From positions 62,001 to 126,000 of the forward strand of contig JALJEE010003038.1 in the NCBI GenBank assembly GCA_023231475.1: a stretch of 64,000 bases of DNA, read 5' to 3'. Source of the stretch: Seison nebaliae (Eukaryota). The translations under genes and the position numbers were made by a program. How positions within the stretch are numbered: the first letter of the stretch is position 1; every line of letters begins with the position of its first letter. The notes under the pieces are model-generated. The model saw only the letters and a list, made by a program, of their open reading frames with translations, ran no database searches and was not told the DNA's origin. Shown here piece after piece: positions 14,698-27,580 of the stretch.

Positions 14698-17370
14698 GTT
14701 CGTTAAAAAAAATTCTTCTTTCAAATATCGTAAATAATATGTTTGTAAAGAGATTGTTGGTAGTACTCGAGAAAAGGCGTTTTCTAATTGAACAAATCAC
14801 TCTCCTCTTCAGTCTACTCCAAATACTTCGGTATAAATTTTTTTGGTTGTCCCTGAATATTTATCTCTTTCGATTATGATAAGTATATCGATTTTTCAGT
14901 TCTTAAAGAATTGATTAATCGTCAATTGTCATCAGTTATTCCATGCGAACAATTTAATGAGTGGCGAACCACTTTTTTTGTATATTTTTACAAAAGAAAA
15001 AAATAATCAGAACTCTCTGTCGAACGAGAGAGGCCGAGGGCCTTGAATAGACCATTCGATTATACTTCCAAATTTGCTTATGTGCCATCTTCGGCTGTTT
15101 TCCGTTCCGTTCTCCATTACTCCAAGTGATTGATAGTTCTGGTAGAGAGCGATATCATATTCTTATCATATCATTTAACTTTACCAATTGCATTTTTCTT
15201 TTGAGTAAATTGTTTTGGAGATTAATCCTTTCATCGAAAAACCTCTGGACGCTTATTTGGAATCCATTCTGGAATTACCTGGTGAGAAATAAGAATCCAT
15301 TTCCAAAATGATTATTCTTACAATACGGATAATCCAAAATCCATGATTCAATTGCCGAATGTTAACGATTGTCAAAGGTGACGAAGTAGCGATCGAATGA
15401 ACTCATTTTCATGGAACTATAACACCAATGTTTCAGAGTTATCATTTAACTCGCGTCCATTAATAAGAGTCGAATCAAATTAAATGGAACTTCTTTTTAA
15501 ATTGTTGTAAGATTAGAAATTGTTTTAATAAGATTCATGTGATGAAATGGAGAATAATTATTAGAGTTTTATCCAAAAGATTTGGATAGTTGGAAGACAG
15601 ATCGAAAGTAATGACTAACAGGTAAGGATGAGGAAGGCATAAGATAATTCAAGACAACTAAAGAATAATAGAAGTGAGATAGATAGAGTAGAATGAAATG
15701 TTGTAATTTGATTAATTTGAATGGACTGAAAAACTGCATCCGAAGGACATTAGACGCGTCCATATCTATCTGATGCAATAGATCAAGTAAGAATGCGTTC
15801 ATAAAAAAGACTAATAATAATAATGGAAATATTATTAATTATAAGAGAAGTAGTAGTAGTAAACAGAGACGAGGAGATAATGCTAACAGATAACGTACAT
15901 AATTGAATGGAACAAATAGGGAATGGATTGGGAGAAGAATATGATTGATGAGAAGAAGAAGATGATGATCATGATGATGATGAGAAGAAATGGTGGAAAT
16001 TGGAAAGGGATTGGGCTATTCTAGTGGCATATCGAATGCAGGAGCGTAAACTCATATCAGAAAAGAAATCAATATTTCGATGATACACAATTACTTCAAC
16101 ATGATTTGCTGATTAATGAAATAATTGTTGGAGAAGATTGACATAGAAGTGAGTAGAGGAAAAGAAAAAGTTTATACTAGTAATCGGTTTGTTTTTTCGG
16201 TTTGCTACCATCCAAATTCCTCCGGAGATAATCATTATCGACGAAACATAACAAAACGATGGGATGATAAAAGAGCAATTTCCATAATCATTCTTACGTT
16301 CGATTGAGTAAAGACAGAAGGAGAAATAACAGAATATTTCCGAAGTAAATTCTTTCAACTTTTATTTATTTATTTCACCTGTACCTCATTAATTGGAAAC
16401 ATTCTTTCTTATTCTAACATCCTCTACCATCATCAGCATTCACGGCGCTTATGCATATCAACATATATCCCCTCCAAACAATTCGTTTAACAACCCATCT
16501 TACGGTTTATCCGTTTAATCTCTCCCAATGTTTCCTTCACTAGTCCTCGTCCTTTCCCAATTCAACTTCAGTGAAAGTGTGGGCGAGAAGAATTGAATTT
16601 AAGACAACTTCTACTCGATGAATCAATGCCAACATGATTATTATGTTAGCTTCGTCATATTACAATTGTTCTTTCTTCTACAAATATAAGAAAACGACTA
16701 ATATCAATCGATCTACCATAACACTTTGAAACATTGGTCATCCTGGTTGGATTAAGTGTTGATGGAGAATGGACTCCTCCTCATCGTTCACCAATGGATG
16801 ATGTATTAACAACATTCTCCCAACGAAACATTGAGCAATAAAAAGATAATGTCAAAATATGTATTTCATTATAACACCAACAATCTCATAAGCAATCACA
16901 TGAATATCGATTGAAAAGAGAAATGGTCATCATAAGAACTTCTTTATAGTTCATGTTGCACGCAAATTGTGCAGTTAAAAAAACACATTTAATTGTATAT
17001 AGATATTAGTCGTATAGATTAGTACTAACTCGTTAGTATGATGACGAGGTCAGTGAAATTAGTATTCATGAATTCACTTTACTTTCCAACACTGATTCTC
17101 TCAATTGTTGGAAGGAGGAATGAAATGAATAAAAATATAGATGAAACATACGTAATAATATAAAAATTTGATAAAGATCACTTGATTTAGAAATAAAAAA
17201 AATATGTTGTCTTAACTTTCTCTATCGATCACACTCACTGGATACTTTAGTATATGAATATTATTGTTGTTATTGGCTGAATATAATTTTCCCTTATAAT
17301 CGTCAATCGTATCGCCAATTTATGAGTATCATGAGTAAATGAGTCAACTAATTTTATTTCCTTCTGACAG

Positions 17371-19582
17371 GTCAGGACCACGAAGCGCCGGCACTCCCGG
17401 TGCAGGTGCATTAGGGCAACAAAGCAGTAGCGTTAACCAACAACTCGGTCCATATCAATCATCCGGTGCAGCTTCTTATCTTCCAAGCGTTGGTGCTACA
17501 ATCCCGGAAGAAACATTGGCTACATACGGAGAAGAGATTTTCGATCAATACTATGGAAGTCAAACACAAAGTCAAGAGAACGTAAGTCAATATACACAAC
17601 AACTACCTGTAAGTGGAGCATCGATATATCCAAATAATGAAGAGAATGTTAAAGGAGATCAATATACGAACTTCGACCGAACCCCACAAGAACAACAACA
17701 ATTACGTCTACAACAACAACGTCATCTGCACCATCACCATCATCATCATACACATATGTTGGGCCAGTCGGACGGCTTAGAACTGAGCGAACGTGTTGTA
17801 ATTAATGTGAGCGGATTGCGCTTCGAAACGCAACTGAAGACTTTAAGAAACTTTTCTGATACTTTATTGGGAGATCCAAAACGTCGAGTAAGATATTTCG
17901 ATCCATTAAGAAATGAATATTTCTTCGACAGGAATCGTCCAAGTTTCGATGCAATCCTTTATTACTATCAATCAAATGGAAGACTACGCAGACCAGTGAA
18001 TGTGCCAATCGATGTTTTTACGGAAGAAATAAAATTCTTTGAATTGGGAGAAGATGCTTATAATAAATTTCGAGAAGATGAAGGATTTATTAAGGAGAAG
18101 GAACGGGCACTACCTAAGAATGAAATGCAGAGAAATATTTGGTTGTTGTTCGAATATCCGGAAACGTCACATGGCGCTCGTATTGTGGCGATAGTTTCAA
18201 TATTTGTCATCATTTTATCCATCATAATATTTTGTTTGGAAACGTTGCCTGATTTCAAGAGATATAAAGTCGACTTCAATCCTTCTACCAATACGACGAT
18301 TATCGCTGAAGATGATATGCCTCAACTGAACGAACCGTTTTTTGTTATAGAGACCTGTTGTATCATCTGGTTCTCATTCGAATTGATTGTTCGATTTGCT
18401 TCATCGCCAGCCAAAATCCAATTTATTAAAAGTGTAATGAATATTATTGATGTTGTCGCTATTATTCCTTATTTCATTACACTCGGAACGGTTATCGTCG
18501 ACGAAGAGAAGTCGATGAATCAAGCAACCTCACTCGCCATCCTTCGTGTTATTCGTCTAATTCGTGTCTTCCGCATATTCAAATTAAGTCGTCATTTCAA
18601 AGGTCTCCAAATTCTCGGTCAAACGTTACGTGCAAGTATGCAAGAATTAGCTCTTCTCATTTTCTTCTTGTTTATGGGAGTAATACTCTTTTCTTCAGCT
18701 GTCTATTTTGCTGAATTGGGTTTAGAAGAATCTCATTTCAAGTCGATACCGGACGCTTTCTGGTGGGCGATGATAACGATGACAACGGTCGGTTACGGTG
18801 ATATGCATCCGATTAGTGTTTGGGGTAAAATCGTTGGAAGTGCTTGTGCTATCACTGGTGTATTGATGATAGCATTGCCCGTACCTGTAATTGTATCAAA
18901 TTTCAATTATTTCTACCATCGTGAAACGGAAGATGATCATGACAGCAAATCAGCAACATCGATTGATATGACGGTGGACGATCATGCAATAGTCGATAAC
19001 GATAATGACCAGAATGATAATACAGAAATGAGTCCCATATCGACCGATGTTCTCCCTACAATCAATTCTCTTGCAACATTACCAATTATTCCGATGAGTA
19101 AATTACCAGTTTATAGGACACCGAATAGCACCATTTCTAATGTAATCTCATTACCCTTAACTACGACAAACTTATTAACAAAAACAACAACAACAACGAC
19201 AACGATACCATCATTACAAATGACATCTAATACTTCATCTATAACGAAATCTAATTCATTTACTAAAAGTCCAAATTCATGTGAATGTGAAAAGAATTTC
19301 AGTACGACAACTATCCAAACAACAACTTCCTCAATCTCAGCGAGAAATAGTGAAAGCAAGACAATCGGACGACAATCACTTGAACCAGAAAGTTCATTAC
19401 AGCGAACACCAACAACAACGAGTATTCTGGTGGTTGGTGATTTTTCAAAGGATCGTCAAGACAAACCGAGAGATGTTGATAATCCCAATCGTGTAGCAAT
19501 GCGGGAGAAACTTCCTTTGTTAACCTTTTCCAAAGAGGAGAATGAATCAATTCTTAAAAACGCTTCAGGTTCATTTATTTAA
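17371..19582 (+). CDS. KCNA: Voltage-gated K+ channel, Shaker/Kv1 subfamily (main exon; ORF track starts at 17339)
   Basis: T1 domain ([19 protein letters not shown]...[18 protein letters not shown]), S1-S6, S4 [18 protein letters not shown], selectivity filter TMTTVGYGD, gate [16 protein letters not shown], Ser/Thr-rich tail ending G-S-F-I. Confidence 0.98.
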
Positions 19583-19584
19583 TT

Positions 19585-19735
19585 CGTTTCTCCAATTTAA
19601 TATGAATTCATAATGACTTATTTGAACAGCTTTTCAAGAAGAACTATTCGACCAAGTAATGCTATTCGATAAAGATCGTGAACAAATGGTCAAGTCAAGT
19701 TTAAGGAAAAGCAAATAAATTTAGTCAAAAGATCA
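19585..19735 (+). repeat. Inverted repeat arm A (start of Kv1 3' flank)
   Basis: Reverse complement of 26767-26912; identical apart from one small indel/substitution near 19702-19707. Confidence 0.95.
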
Positions 19736-21084
19736 AACAATCAACAGCAGAACGAATCAATTCATCATTATAAAAGTCGAAATAATTTCATTTAATAACA
19801 AAGATACCTTCACATACCTCAACAAAAAAAGACAAGATTAATGCATTGATAAAAACGAGATAATGCATCGATTGTCCCATTAAGTCGAAAGAATTAATGT
19901 TCTTCCAAAAAACATAGTACTTGAAATTCAATAAGAATCTGAAATATTCTCATGAATTCTCGAGAGGATAAATCGACCAATTGAACTAAATTCCATTTCG
20001 ACTGACTTAACAATCTGATGTGCAGCAAGAGAATGTCGAACATGTAACGAAATTATTGTAGTGAAGCAGAATAGATTTTTTATAATCAGAATGTTGATTA
20101 TTCAAGCACAAACTGATAAGAAATAAGAGATGCTATCTTTGGAAACAACAAAATCTTCAAACATCTGATGCTTTCGAATGATTCACGAATTTTCATTATT
20201 TTTAAATGATCATCAACCAACTATTTCATCCTCAACATAACTACTGCTCAATCATCATCAAGAGTCAAAGTTTCCATATTGAAGTGGTGAAAAATTGCTT
20301 AGAGCTCTTCCCTACGTCCACTGACATCAAGCGTCAGTGGTGGAAAGAGGAAAAGGTCACTTAGTACCTATATTATGGATAAAATGAAAGTCAATATGAA
20401 GTTGGTCAGGTTTCCAATTAACAGGAATATGAAAAGGAGCCGATAGAACAAAAGAGAACTTTGAAGAAATATCGATAATCGAATTGAACATTAAAAAGTG
20501 ATCAAGCATCCCTCCGCAATTGAACTCACATATCATCCTTCAATCAATTTTTACCCGGTTCAACCCCTTTAATTGTATATCCGATGTTTCTTCTGCGTGA
20601 CAGTTGAATAATTCTTCATTCATCAATAATGTTTTTGAAATATAATGCATTTCGTCATCTTTCAAAACATTCTTTTTTTCTTTGTATAGCGTCTCATTTT
20701 ATTTCATTTTCATTTTACTTCATCTTCTTTTTTCAGACATCATTTTATGGAAATTCTTTAGAAAATTTCATATATATATATATATAATCCATTTTCACTC
20801 AACTAATTTCTGTATAAAAAACTATATATGGAACGTGTCCGCATGTGCGATCTACATCTTATCATTCATCAGTCTTCATCATCAATATTATCTGAATTAG
20901 AGAAGATTTGATTGCTAAAACGAAAATTCTTTTATAAGTAAATGAAAGTTGATAAAACAGAAAAATTTTTAGAATTCTTTAAAATACATTTTTATTCTAG
21001 GGTTAAATTCTTGTAAGATTTTCGATATAGATTTTCGATTCATAGCACACGAATGATGTTGAAACTTTTTAATTTTTTTCTTGT

Positions 21085-21590
21085 TCATCCATATCTAAAA
21101 ATGGAATTAGAGAGAAATTGAATTAAAGTGAATTTGAATAAGAAGCAAAACGGAACCTTGGTCTGCTACTCAACTCTAACAGTTTCCTTAACTTTACCCA
21201 GTGTTCTCTTAGAAATCGCATGTCCAATCGATATCGATCAATATCTTCCTGGACAGCATTTTGGAAATTGAAATTATTCTTGTTCGATGCATCGTCCGAG
21301 ATCTTCATCTCGTTAATTGTCATTGGTGTCTTTATTGGGAATTTGGTTGATATTGTGGACTTGTGTTTATCCGAGAGCGTATTGTAGATGGGGAGAAAGT
21401 TCTCACTAAAAAAACGAATAATGGAATGGAGAAATTGAGATAAATAAATTAACTATTCATCATTTGGGACGAAGTTATCCAATGCTTTATTGATAGCATC
21501 TTGAAAGTTACATGAACCACCAGATAAAAGAGAAATGAAGAGAATTCCCAGTTGAAATGTAACGTTAATTGTTCGGTTCTTTTGGAACAT
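21085..21590 (-). CDS. npy: Neuropeptide Y/F (NPY/NPF) family precursor
   Basis: Exons 21590-21454, 21405-21157 and 21094-21085; introns GTTAAT..TTAG (48 nt) and GTTCCG..TTAG (62 nt). The 131-aa product has a signal peptide and ends ...LREHWVKLRKLLELSSRPRYG*. The second intron is phase 2 inside the Arg codon of RPR|Y, the hallmark NPY/NPF intron position. Confidence 0.82.
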
Positions 21591-21814
21591 TGCACTTTAA
21601 GAAAAATGTTATGGAAAATGAAAAATGATTAAATATGACTCATAATCTACAAGGAGAATGACAATCGAATTTAAATACATTCAGTTTTGTTAGGAAAAAA
21701 TAAAAAACTAATCTATCGATACAACCGACATATTTGGAAAGTGCAAATTACTTGTTTCATGATGGAAATCGTTTATATAACTTCTAATTTCGTACATTGA
21801 CATTATATTTCCGA

Positions 21815-22220
21815 TCAATCGATCGACGGCTTTATTTGAACAAAGGGAATTATACAGATCGGATTATCAATCAAGCATGTGGGTGATCGGAGAAAAACAT
21901 ATTTCACTGATAAGCAATTAGATACATTTCCTACCTTGCCTTCTAAATTAAACATATTATATTCTATAGTTGAATAGTCACGATAATAACATTGCATATG
22001 AAAAATTGTGTCGGGTGAATTTTCTTCTGGAAAGTTGCAGGACAAGGAAAAACATAAGCAGAAACAACTAATTAATTTATCAGATGCATATCTTATCCCA
22101 ATTCTACCCATATTCATCTCCCCGAAGAAATGAGTAAAATTACAAAGTGAACATTCTAAACTAATGAAGGATGGGGGAATTCTTTTCGAAAGAATATCTA
22201 TTAAACCTTTACCTTATTTC
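21815..22220 (-). CDS. Possible fragment of a multi-exon gene of unknown function
   Basis: The 100-aa ORF stays open upstream (GKGLIDILSKRIPPSFISLECSLCNF...) and contains a plausible GTT..CAG intron. No recognisable motif. Confidence 0.25.
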
Positions 22221-25200
22221 ATGAACAATCATTCTTCAAAAATAACTAATAAGAGTTCTCAAAAATATCTCATATTCATCCAATATTTTTCATACTACAA
22301 TTGGCTCAAACAAAATGTATTTCCTTAAGCTTCATAATGATCCTTAATAATAAGAAAACGGAACCATGATTTCTGCATGACTTCGCAATCGATTATGGTA
22401 TGTGAATAATAACATGAATACATTCATTCTTTTTCAACATATAGTTTATTAAATTTTTTAGCAAAACCCTTTTTTTGGTTAAAAATTGTTATTTAATCTG
22501 GTTTCAATAATTTACATATATTCATCAAATTTATAACAGAAAATCTATTTCTTATTGTAAAATTTATTTTGACAATATTATCACCGTAATTTGAGTTGCA
22601 CTATAAGGTGTTTCCTTCACAAATTTATAACATTAACCAAAAAAATCAGAAAAAGTGAAAGATTTCAGAATATTTTTCTTTGTGATAAGTTCCACTTCGA
22701 AATCCATTTGATTTCCACATAAGTTGTTGAAATAAACATTTTACCAATAAATTTCAGTTACCATATTTGTGAAGAAAGAGTTGTCGAAGAAGATGTGCTT
22801 AACCACCCCCGTAAGGTGGAAACTTCAAAAATCGTGTGGAAACAATTTTATTTCTACACTTGTCAAAGACATTTATTGTCCATCACTAAAATGGATGAGA
22901 AGGCATGAGATAAAATAGTGGGAGAGTTGATGGAGAACACACCATGTCTGGTAGCGACCATAGCTCAAAAAAATGATAAATTATGTCGAAATGGCATGGT
23001 ACTTCTGGAAAATCCCATTTTTCAAATTTTTCTTATCGCTTTCACCCATTATACTATACTTTATTGACACACCTCATCTTTAAGGATTGGTTTTTGAAGA
23101 AAATTCTTCATGTATTGCAATATAGGACACAATGAACCTCCTGAAATTGATATTAAAGTAAACTATATTAAATTACACAATAAAGTTATAAATTCTATAA
23201 CTTTCCTTTAATTTTTCTTCTTAAATTATTTTCGGAAATCTATCGGTTAAATTTAAATCTAACTAACTGTAAGAAACTGACTATAAATCACCAATTTGTT
23301 ATCTAATTCTATGGTACTCTTAATCTGTAGTTTGCAGTACTAAGTATTCCATGCAATTTAAGATATTCTTATTACTTAATAAAATAACTGTGCCAAAAAC
23401 GAAACAAAATGATAAATTGCGAAGACAAATTCCGTGTTTCGATGTAACACCTACAATTAATTGTGATCTAACGGAATTATTCCTGTTGTTATCTCCCAAT
23501 ATTACGGGGGCGTTATTTCTACTCACAATAAATATTTATTTATAAATTGCGCAAATGAAAAACAAACGATTCCCGTCCTCGGCTTTATAATTTCTGAAAT
23601 AAGTTATAGAAATGATTTAATTGATTGACATATGTTAGTGGGAAGAAGATTTAGTTACTGCCATTTCAGAAAATATTTCTTTGCATATTTATCAATAGCT
23701 ATCAAAATTGAATGAAGAATCTAAACCACGAAATTTTGGAAGAAATGACAAAAAAATAAAAATAATGGGGAATGAACAAATGACTCAATGGTTAATGCAA
23801 ATTCTAATGTCCACTAAATTTTCTTTCCAATCCCTATTCAATTAAATGAACTAAAATGCATCACTTCGAACAATCATTTGACTAATACATAAATGTAATC
23901 CAATTTTAAAATATAAACTTGAAATGGAAAAAGGCATTTGGAACATTATCGGTCAATTGATGGATTGATTGCATGATTAATAACGAGCAAGAATGTCGAT
24001 GAAATAACATTATAGAAAATGAAATTATAAAACTTAACTATTGGGAACCAAATTGAATTAAACATTAAAAAACAAACAATTCTAAATTAATTGAATATCA
24101 ATACAACTAATCAATAAGAAATAAACAAACGAATTTTTTTGCATTTTATCAGAATATATTTATTTCAAATGATGATAAAAGATAATACAAAAATGTGTCT
24201 TTTTCATAATTGACAGATAAGATGAATTTGAAGGTTGTTAGATTTAATTAAATAGATATAAACTATAAGAAAATACATGGTTTAAACATCCGATTTTGTC
24301 AGTTGACATATTCCAAATCGAATAAAAGGTCGAATCAATAAATTTGAGGTTTTCGTTAAATTTATGATAATTTTCTCAATCTTGCAAAATCGAACAACAT
24401 AGAAAATACTTCATATTTTAATAAATGTATTGTTTGGCACTTCTTTATTATATCATTGTACTCTCAACACATTATCTTCCGTTTCGGATATAACTTTTCT
24501 TAAGAACATCAGTTTATAATTTTTTACATATCTTTCTTGTTGTCTAGAAGAATCAGAGAAGAATTTCAAAGAAATTTCATCAGGTCAATAACATCTATCA
24601 AATTATGAAATAGTGTAGATTGTCTTTCGTATTGTGCGAGATATAATGCGAAATAGAAAGGAAAATAAAGAATAGTGAAGATAATGAAAATGTATTTTTC
24701 TTTCTTCCCATATCACGTTCTATATTCCTATTTCCTTTGATATGATCAAATAGTGTCACGAACATGAATGAAGCATATAAGCGGTATGAGATTTTATCGA
24801 TTAATGACATTTCAATATTACATCTATATTCTTTTAATAATTAGTTTGGAATGTATATGCATTCTCCACGCACTAGATGCATTCCGAGTCCTCGAAAGCA
24901 AACTCCTGGAAGGAGAATAATATCCATTTTACTGATGTCGGACTGTTTTCAAACAGTCACGCACAAATGAAGACTGATCCGATTTAAACACGTCTTAAAT
25001 GGATTTTGTTTTTCCTCACCTTTCCTTCTTTTTTAGATTAAACAAATTTCTCTCGGTTCATATAAGTTGGTTACTTATTCATATTAACATTTCCACCGGT
25101 CGCCAACTAACGCCTACTAAAACGTAATTCTTTTACTGTTATTCACTTTTCCTTGAGATTGGTTGAAGTTGAAGGCGGATGCATGATTTTCGTTTTTGGT

Positions 25201-26766
25201 AATTAATTTATAATAAAAATTGTTCTTCGACAATGTTCCGTATAATTAAGCAGAAGATAATCCATTATTCTCTACAGTTGATGCAAACCCAAAATTAGCT
25301 AATGTTAATTCTATTTCCCAACATATACTTATGTGAAACAGCTTGAGATTAATATTTCCCCATTTCCTCCAACTCACCCAAATAATATTATTGTTCGTTA
25401 TCATTCACTTCAAGTAAACTATTACTGGAAGATGAGTGGTAACATGTTGTCTTCATCAGTACATTTCAGATTAGAAAGAATATTTGGGAATAAGTGGATT
25501 ATATATCGTATTGTGTAATAAACTCTAAGAAAATGACTGATCGAATAATTTTAGTTTGTTATTATTTATAATCCCTGAGGAATAACAAAAAACATTTTAG
25601 TTCTTACGAATTGAGAAACTAGGACTGACAATTTTTCAATGGAACAACTACGAGAAAATCGAACAACACGAAAATTAACATGCACTTCACTTAGTGGTTT
25701 AATGTAACTATTATTATTATTAAATAATATTCGACATTACTTCACCATTACTTATTCATCATATATTATACATTAACGAACTTTTTACCCATAACTGCAT
25801 AATACAATTTATTAAGCCGCCTTTCAATGCATTTCAACATCTTATCGATCATTAACGGGTCGCGAAAAACAACATTCATATTTTCTCATTAAAATCTAAT
25901 TCATCTTACCAAGTTAGTTTATGGAAACATTTCAACAAATTATATTTATAATACATATTTGAATAATAACTCTCATAATGTTGGTGCGGTTATTGGATTA
26001 AACATTTTTTAATTAGGAAAAAACTAAATTTTTATTTACACGATATGTTAACTCATCTATCAGGAGTCTCTCGTCCACCATGATGTATCATGAAAAATAA
26101 ATTAGTGAAATTTTAACCTTTAAAAACTTTAAATTAAGTTTCCGATGAATCTCTTTCAACTTAAGACACAAATTGTTTTTAACATTTTAAATCCCATTGT
26201 AAATTTGGATCATTGATAACAAATTATAATATCATAATCAATAAGTCAAAATTATAACAAGAACCAAATGTTTTAAAATCCGATATATAATTGGATAAAT
26301 TAACGTTTTAGTTTAAGGTTTAAAGTAGACGTTCTTTCAAGGAAAACTCACAAAACTGCCCATATTCCTGATTGAAATATATACATTAAAATTTTTGAGT
26401 TAATCATTCTCGTATCTATCAAACAACTATTAATATTTATTAATATTATCTATTATTAACAATAGTTTAATGTTTATAACATTTTTTCCCTATTTTCATA
26501 CAAATAAATAACTGAATAATGGAAAGATTAGAAAGTTATTTTAAGAGGTTTCTTAAAAGCATGTTAGTAATTTCATAATTTCCTATGATCATAAATGCAA
26601 GTTATTTTTAAAGAGATATGAGAATTGACCTTGATATTTAAATGAATTTGGAAAGATATAAATGATAAAGTAAAATAATTCATAAGAAATTTCTCTAATA
26701 AAATTTTTTTTTGACATGTCCAGTGAAATTATCAAATCAATTAATAATTCTGATCATGGGGTATCA

Positions 26767-26912
26767 TGATCTTTTGACTAAATTTATTTGCTTTGAACTT
26801 GACTTGACCATTTGTTCACGATCTTTATCGAATAGCATTACTTGGTCGAATAGTTCTTCTTGAAAAGCTGTTCAAATAAGTCATTATGAATTCATATTAA
26901 ATTGGAGAAACG
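26767..26912 (-). repeat. Inverted repeat arm B (antisense copy of Kv1 3' flank)
   Basis: Reverse complement matches 19585-19735. Confidence 0.95.
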
Positions 26913-26949
26913 TATCAATGGCTGCAAAGTCGATTAGTTCGAGATCTGT

Positions 26950-27580
26950 TCCTATATGTAAGAATTCATTTTTATTTCAATTACAAGTTGACTGCATCAA
27001 TAATTGTCATCATCATTCATATCAGGAATTAGAAAATGTAATTAAATCATCTGGTTCATTTGAAAAAGGCATTAAGACAAGCCATCGTTATGTAAATCGA
27101 AAAATTTTGGACCAATTCGACATTTGAAAAAAAATATGATTGTTACAAATTCAAGACATGTGCAGGAAAACTCAGATAATTCTTATATTGTGAGAAAGAG
27201 TGCAAGAAAATTATTTAGATATGCTTTCCGAGATCTTCTGAGGGAACATGAAGAAATGAAATATAGGAATCTCGTTAAAGATCTCGACACGATATAATCT
27301 CGACCAGTGAGTTACGTAACTTACGTAACAGAACCTTTCGTACAGACTGAAAATTCTCCAATCAAATTTTTCTGCACTTATTACTCTTTAAGTTCTCCTG
27401 AATCGTATGATTACGCGTCTTTGATGCTGTCAAATTTCTCTATTGATTCTTATATACCGGAAATACTGAAGAATCAGTTGGTATCTGGTAAGAATCTCAT
27501 TATCAATAACTCCTCCAAAGAGTGTTCTTTTCTATATAATTTGCCCCATGGGGATTTTATTTATTAATAAAAAAAATAAA
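26950..27580 (+). mobile_element. Degenerate, internally deleted non-LTR retrotransposon (LINE) remnant
   Basis: The C-terminal frame (SPIKFFCTYY...IDSYIPE...GKNLIINNSS...FLYNLPHGDFIY*) plus A-rich tail is homologous to 53040-53408. An upstream broken frame (YIVRKSARKLFRYAFRDLLREHE) resembles the endonuclease-RT linker of LINE ORF2. Stops and frameshifts throughout. Confidence 0.6.

Noticed and set aside
17802..19550. Antisense and alternate-frame ORFs inside Kv1 (also inside CNOT3 and the 59482 gene)
   Set aside because: Shadow ORFs produced by codon bias and low-complexity coding sequence.
21123..21323. ORF-track 66-aa product ending RPRFRFASYSNSL
   Set aside because: It reads into an intron; better explained as part of exon 2 of the NPY/NPF gene.
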